NCBI RefSeq assembly: GCF_031769215.1
Contig: NW_026782078.1
Coordinates: 744,001 to 808,000 of the forward strand
Length of the DNA: 64,000 nt
Direction: 5' to 3'
From: Ylistrum balloti
Taxonomy: Eukaryota
Shown here: in pieces, positions 60,450 through 64,000 of the stretch
Numbering within the stretch: position 1 is the first letter of the stretch
Layout: each line of letters starts with the position of its first letter
The notes under the pieces: model-generated
Told to the model about the DNA's origin: nothing
Databases searched by the model: none
The model's input: only the letters and a program-made list of their open reading frames with translations
Translations under genes and position numbers: made by a program

Positions 60450-63400
60450 CTATGGGTAAGGGTTCTATGATGATAAGTAAATATCAGGTGAAAAGTTCTA
60501 TAACTGGATAGTTGTATGATGATAACTAATCGGTAAAAGAACAGCCATTAATATGATTACCAAATAAATATCAGGTGAAAATAAATATCTATACTGGATA
60601 AGATTGTATGATGATAAGTAAATATCAGGTGAAAAGTTCTATAAATACACTATGCTGGATAAGATTTATGATGATATATCTGAAATAACATCTATGTAAT
60701 GATTGTATGATGATAAGTAAATAACAGGTGAAAAGTTTATATACCCTTCTATGTTGGATAAGATTGTATGATGATGAATTAATATCAGGTGAAAAGTTCT
60801 ATGAATACACTTCTGTACTGGATAAGATTGTATGATGATAAGTAAATATCAGGTGAAAAGTTCTATAAATACACTTCTATACTGGATAAGATTGTATGAT
60901 GATAAGTAAATATCAGGTGAAAAGTTCTATAAATACACTTCTATGCTGGATAAGATTGTATGATGATGAAAAGTAAATATCAGGTGAAAAGTTCTATAAA
61001 TACACTTCTATGCTGGATAAGATTGTATGATGATAAGTAATATCAGGTGAAAAGTTCTATAAATACACTTCTATACTGGATAAGATTGTATGATGATAAG
61101 TAAATATCAGGTGAAAAGTTCTATAAATACACTTCTATACTGGATAAGATTGTATGATGATAAGTAAATATCAGGTGGAAAGTTCTATAAATACACTTCT
61201 ATACTGGATAAAGTTGTATGATGATAAGTAAATATCAGGTGAAAAGTTCTATAAATACACTTCTATACTGGATAAGATTGTATGATGATAAGTAAATATC
61301 AGGTGAAAAGTTCTATAAATACACTTATATACTGGATAAGATTGTATGATGATAAGTAAATATCAGGTGAAAAGTTCTATAAATACACTTCTATACTGGA
61401 TAAGATTGTATGATGATAAGTAAATATCAGGTGAAAAGTTCTATAAATACACTTCTATACTGGATAAGTAAATATTGAAAAGTATGATGATATGATGATG
61501 AATTAAATATCAGGTGAAAAGTTCTATAAATACACTTCTATACTGGATAAGATTGTATGATGATAAGTAAATATCAGGTGAAAACTATAAATACACTTCT
61601 ATACTGGATAAGATTGTATGATGATGATAAGTAAATATCAGGTGAAAAGTTCTATAAATACACTTCTATACTGGATAAGATTGTATGATGATAAGTAAAT
61701 ATCAGGTGAAAAGTTCTATAAATACAATTATATACTGTATAAGATTGTATGATGATAAGTAAATATCAGGTGAAAAGTTCTATAAATACACTTCTATACT
61801 GGATAAGATTGTATGATGATAAGTAAATATCAGGTGAAAAGTTCTATAAATACACTTCTATACTGGATAAGATTGTATGATGATAAGTAAATATCAGGTG
61901 AAAAGTTCTATAAATACACTTCTATACTGGATAAGATTGTATGATGATAAGTAAATATCAGGTGAAAAGTTCTATAAATACACTTCTATGCTGGATAAGA
62001 TTGTATGATGATAAGTAAATATCAGGTGAAAAGTTCTATAAATACACTTCTATGCTGGATAAGATTGTATGATGATAAGTAAATATCAGGTGAAAAGTTC
62101 TATAAATACCCTTCTATGCTGGATAAAGTTGTATGATGATAAGTAAATATCAGGTGAAAAGTTCTATAAATACACTTCTATGCTGGATAAAGTTGTATGA
62201 TGATAAGTAAATTGTATGATGATAAGTAAATATCAGGTGAAAAGTTCTATAAATACACTTCTATGCTGGATAAGATTGTATGATGATAAGTAAATATCAG
62301 GTTAAAAGTTCTATAAATACACTTCTATGCTGGATAAGATTGTACGATGATGAATTAATATCAGGTGAAAAGTTCTATAAATACACTTCTATACTGGATA
62401 TGATGATAAGTAAATATCAGGTGAAAAGTTCTATAAATACACTTCTATGCTGGATAAGATTGTATGATGATAAGTAAATATCAGGTGAAAAGTTCTATAA
62501 ATACACTTCTATACTGGATAAGATTGTATGATGATAAGTAAATATCAGGTGAAAAGTTCTATAAATACACTTCTATACTGGATAAGATTGTACGATGATG
62601 AATTAATATCAGGTGAAAAGTTCTATAAATACACTTCTATACTGGATAAGATTGTATGATGATATGAAGTAAATATCAGGTGAAAAGTTCTATAAATACC
62701 CTTCTATGCTGGATAAGATTGTATGATGATAAGTAAATATCAGGTGAAAAGTTCTATAAATACACTTCTATACTGGATAAGATTGTATGATGATAAGTAA
62801 ATATCAGGTTAAAAGTTCTATAAATACACTTCTATGCTGGATAAGATTGTATGATGATAAGTAAATATCAGGTGAAAAGTTCTATAAATACACTTCTATG
62901 CTGGATAAGATTGTATGATGATAAGTAAATATCAGGTGAAAAGTTCTATAAATACACTTCTATACTGGATAAGATTGTATGATAAATACAGCTGGATAAG
63001 ATTGTATGATGATAAGTAAATATCAGGTGAAAAGTTCTATAAATACCCTTCTATGCTGGATAAGATTGTATGATGATAAGTAAATATCAGGTGAAAAGTT
63101 CTATAAATACACTTCTATGCTGGATAAGATTGTATGATGATAAGTAAATATCAGGTGAAAAGTTCTATAAATACACTTCTATACTGGATAAGATTGTATG
63201 ATGATAAGTAAATATCAGGTGAAAAGTTCTATAAATACACTTCTATACTGGATAAGATTGTATGATGATAAGTAAATATCAGGTGAAAAGTTCTATAAAT
63301 ACACTTCTATGCTGGATAAGATTGTATGATGATAAGTAAATATCAGGTGAAAAGTTCTATAAATACCCTTCTATGCTGGATAAGATTGTATGATGATAAG

Positions 63401-64000
63401 TAAATATCAGGTGAAAAGTTCTATAAATACACTTCTATGATGGATAAGATTGTATGATGATAAGTAAATATCAGGTGAAAAGTTCTATAAATACACTTCT
63501 ATACTGGATAAAGATTGTATGATGATAAGTAAATATCAGGTGAAAAGTTCTATAAATACACTTCTATACTGGATAAGATTGTATGATGATAAGTAAATAT
63601 CAGGTGAAAAGTTCTATAAATACACTTCTACTGGATAAGATTGTATGATGATAATTAATATCAGGTGAAAAGTTCTATATACACTTCTATGCTGGATAAG
63701 ATTGTATGATGATAAGTAAATATCAGGTGGAAAGTTCTATAAATACACTTCTATGCTGGATAAGATTGTATGATGATGAGTAAATATCGGGTGAAAAGTT
63801 CTATAAATACCCTTCTATACTGGATAAGATTGTATGATGATAAGTAAATATCAGGTGAAAAGTTCTATGAATACACTTCTATACTGGATAAGATTGTATG
63901 ATGATAAGTAAATATCAGGTGGAAAGTTCTATAAATACACTTCTATACTGGATAAGATTGTATGATGATGAAGTAAATATCAGGTGAAAAGTTCTATAAA
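60450..64000. repeat. 64-bp satellite running off the window end
   Basis: Unit gataagtaaatatcaggtgaaaagttctataaatacacttctatactggataagattgtatgat. The period is seen at 60841 and 60905. Confidence 0.95.

Noticed and set aside
59804-64000. Signal-peptide exon of the vWA gene
   Set aside because: No convincing candidate. The region is mostly the 64-bp satellite, so the 5' end probably lies beyond the window.

Overview
AT-rich eukaryotic genomic DNA with spliceosomal introns. The repeat families (Penelope-like RT relics, Helentron-like non-autonomous elements, tRNA-derived SINEs) suggest an invertebrate, probably a bivalve mollusc; the taxon is an inference. The main content is a head-to-tail + strand cluster of six divergent, multi-exon paralogues (4126-7405, 12778-14499, 20190-25066, 26571-34175, 35758-38254, 47154-50624), assembled by hand from splice sites. 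The ORF track shows only fragments of them. Each encodes a signal peptide, a short conserved region and a long acidic low-complexity D/E/S/T/N/Q/G tail. The conserved region is an amphipathic segment ending in [FL][VI]P[GDE] in five genes, and genes 1-3 carry a W-x-x-[MLF][IV]P-x3-K-x-[FL][IV]P[DE] motif. All six have a phase-1 first intron at a homologous position and only phase-0 introns afterwards, and each has an E-box-like site upstream. A secreted-type double von Willebrand A (vWA) gene lies tail-to-tail on the - strand (51039-59803; 5' end not found). About a third of the window (~22 kb by my estimate) is unrelated minisatellites. In four of the six genes an array is built from tandem copies of an exon-intron junction. 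No CRISPR array, rRNA, bona fide tRNA or prokaryotic gene was seen. Gene models are manual predictions without transcript evidence.
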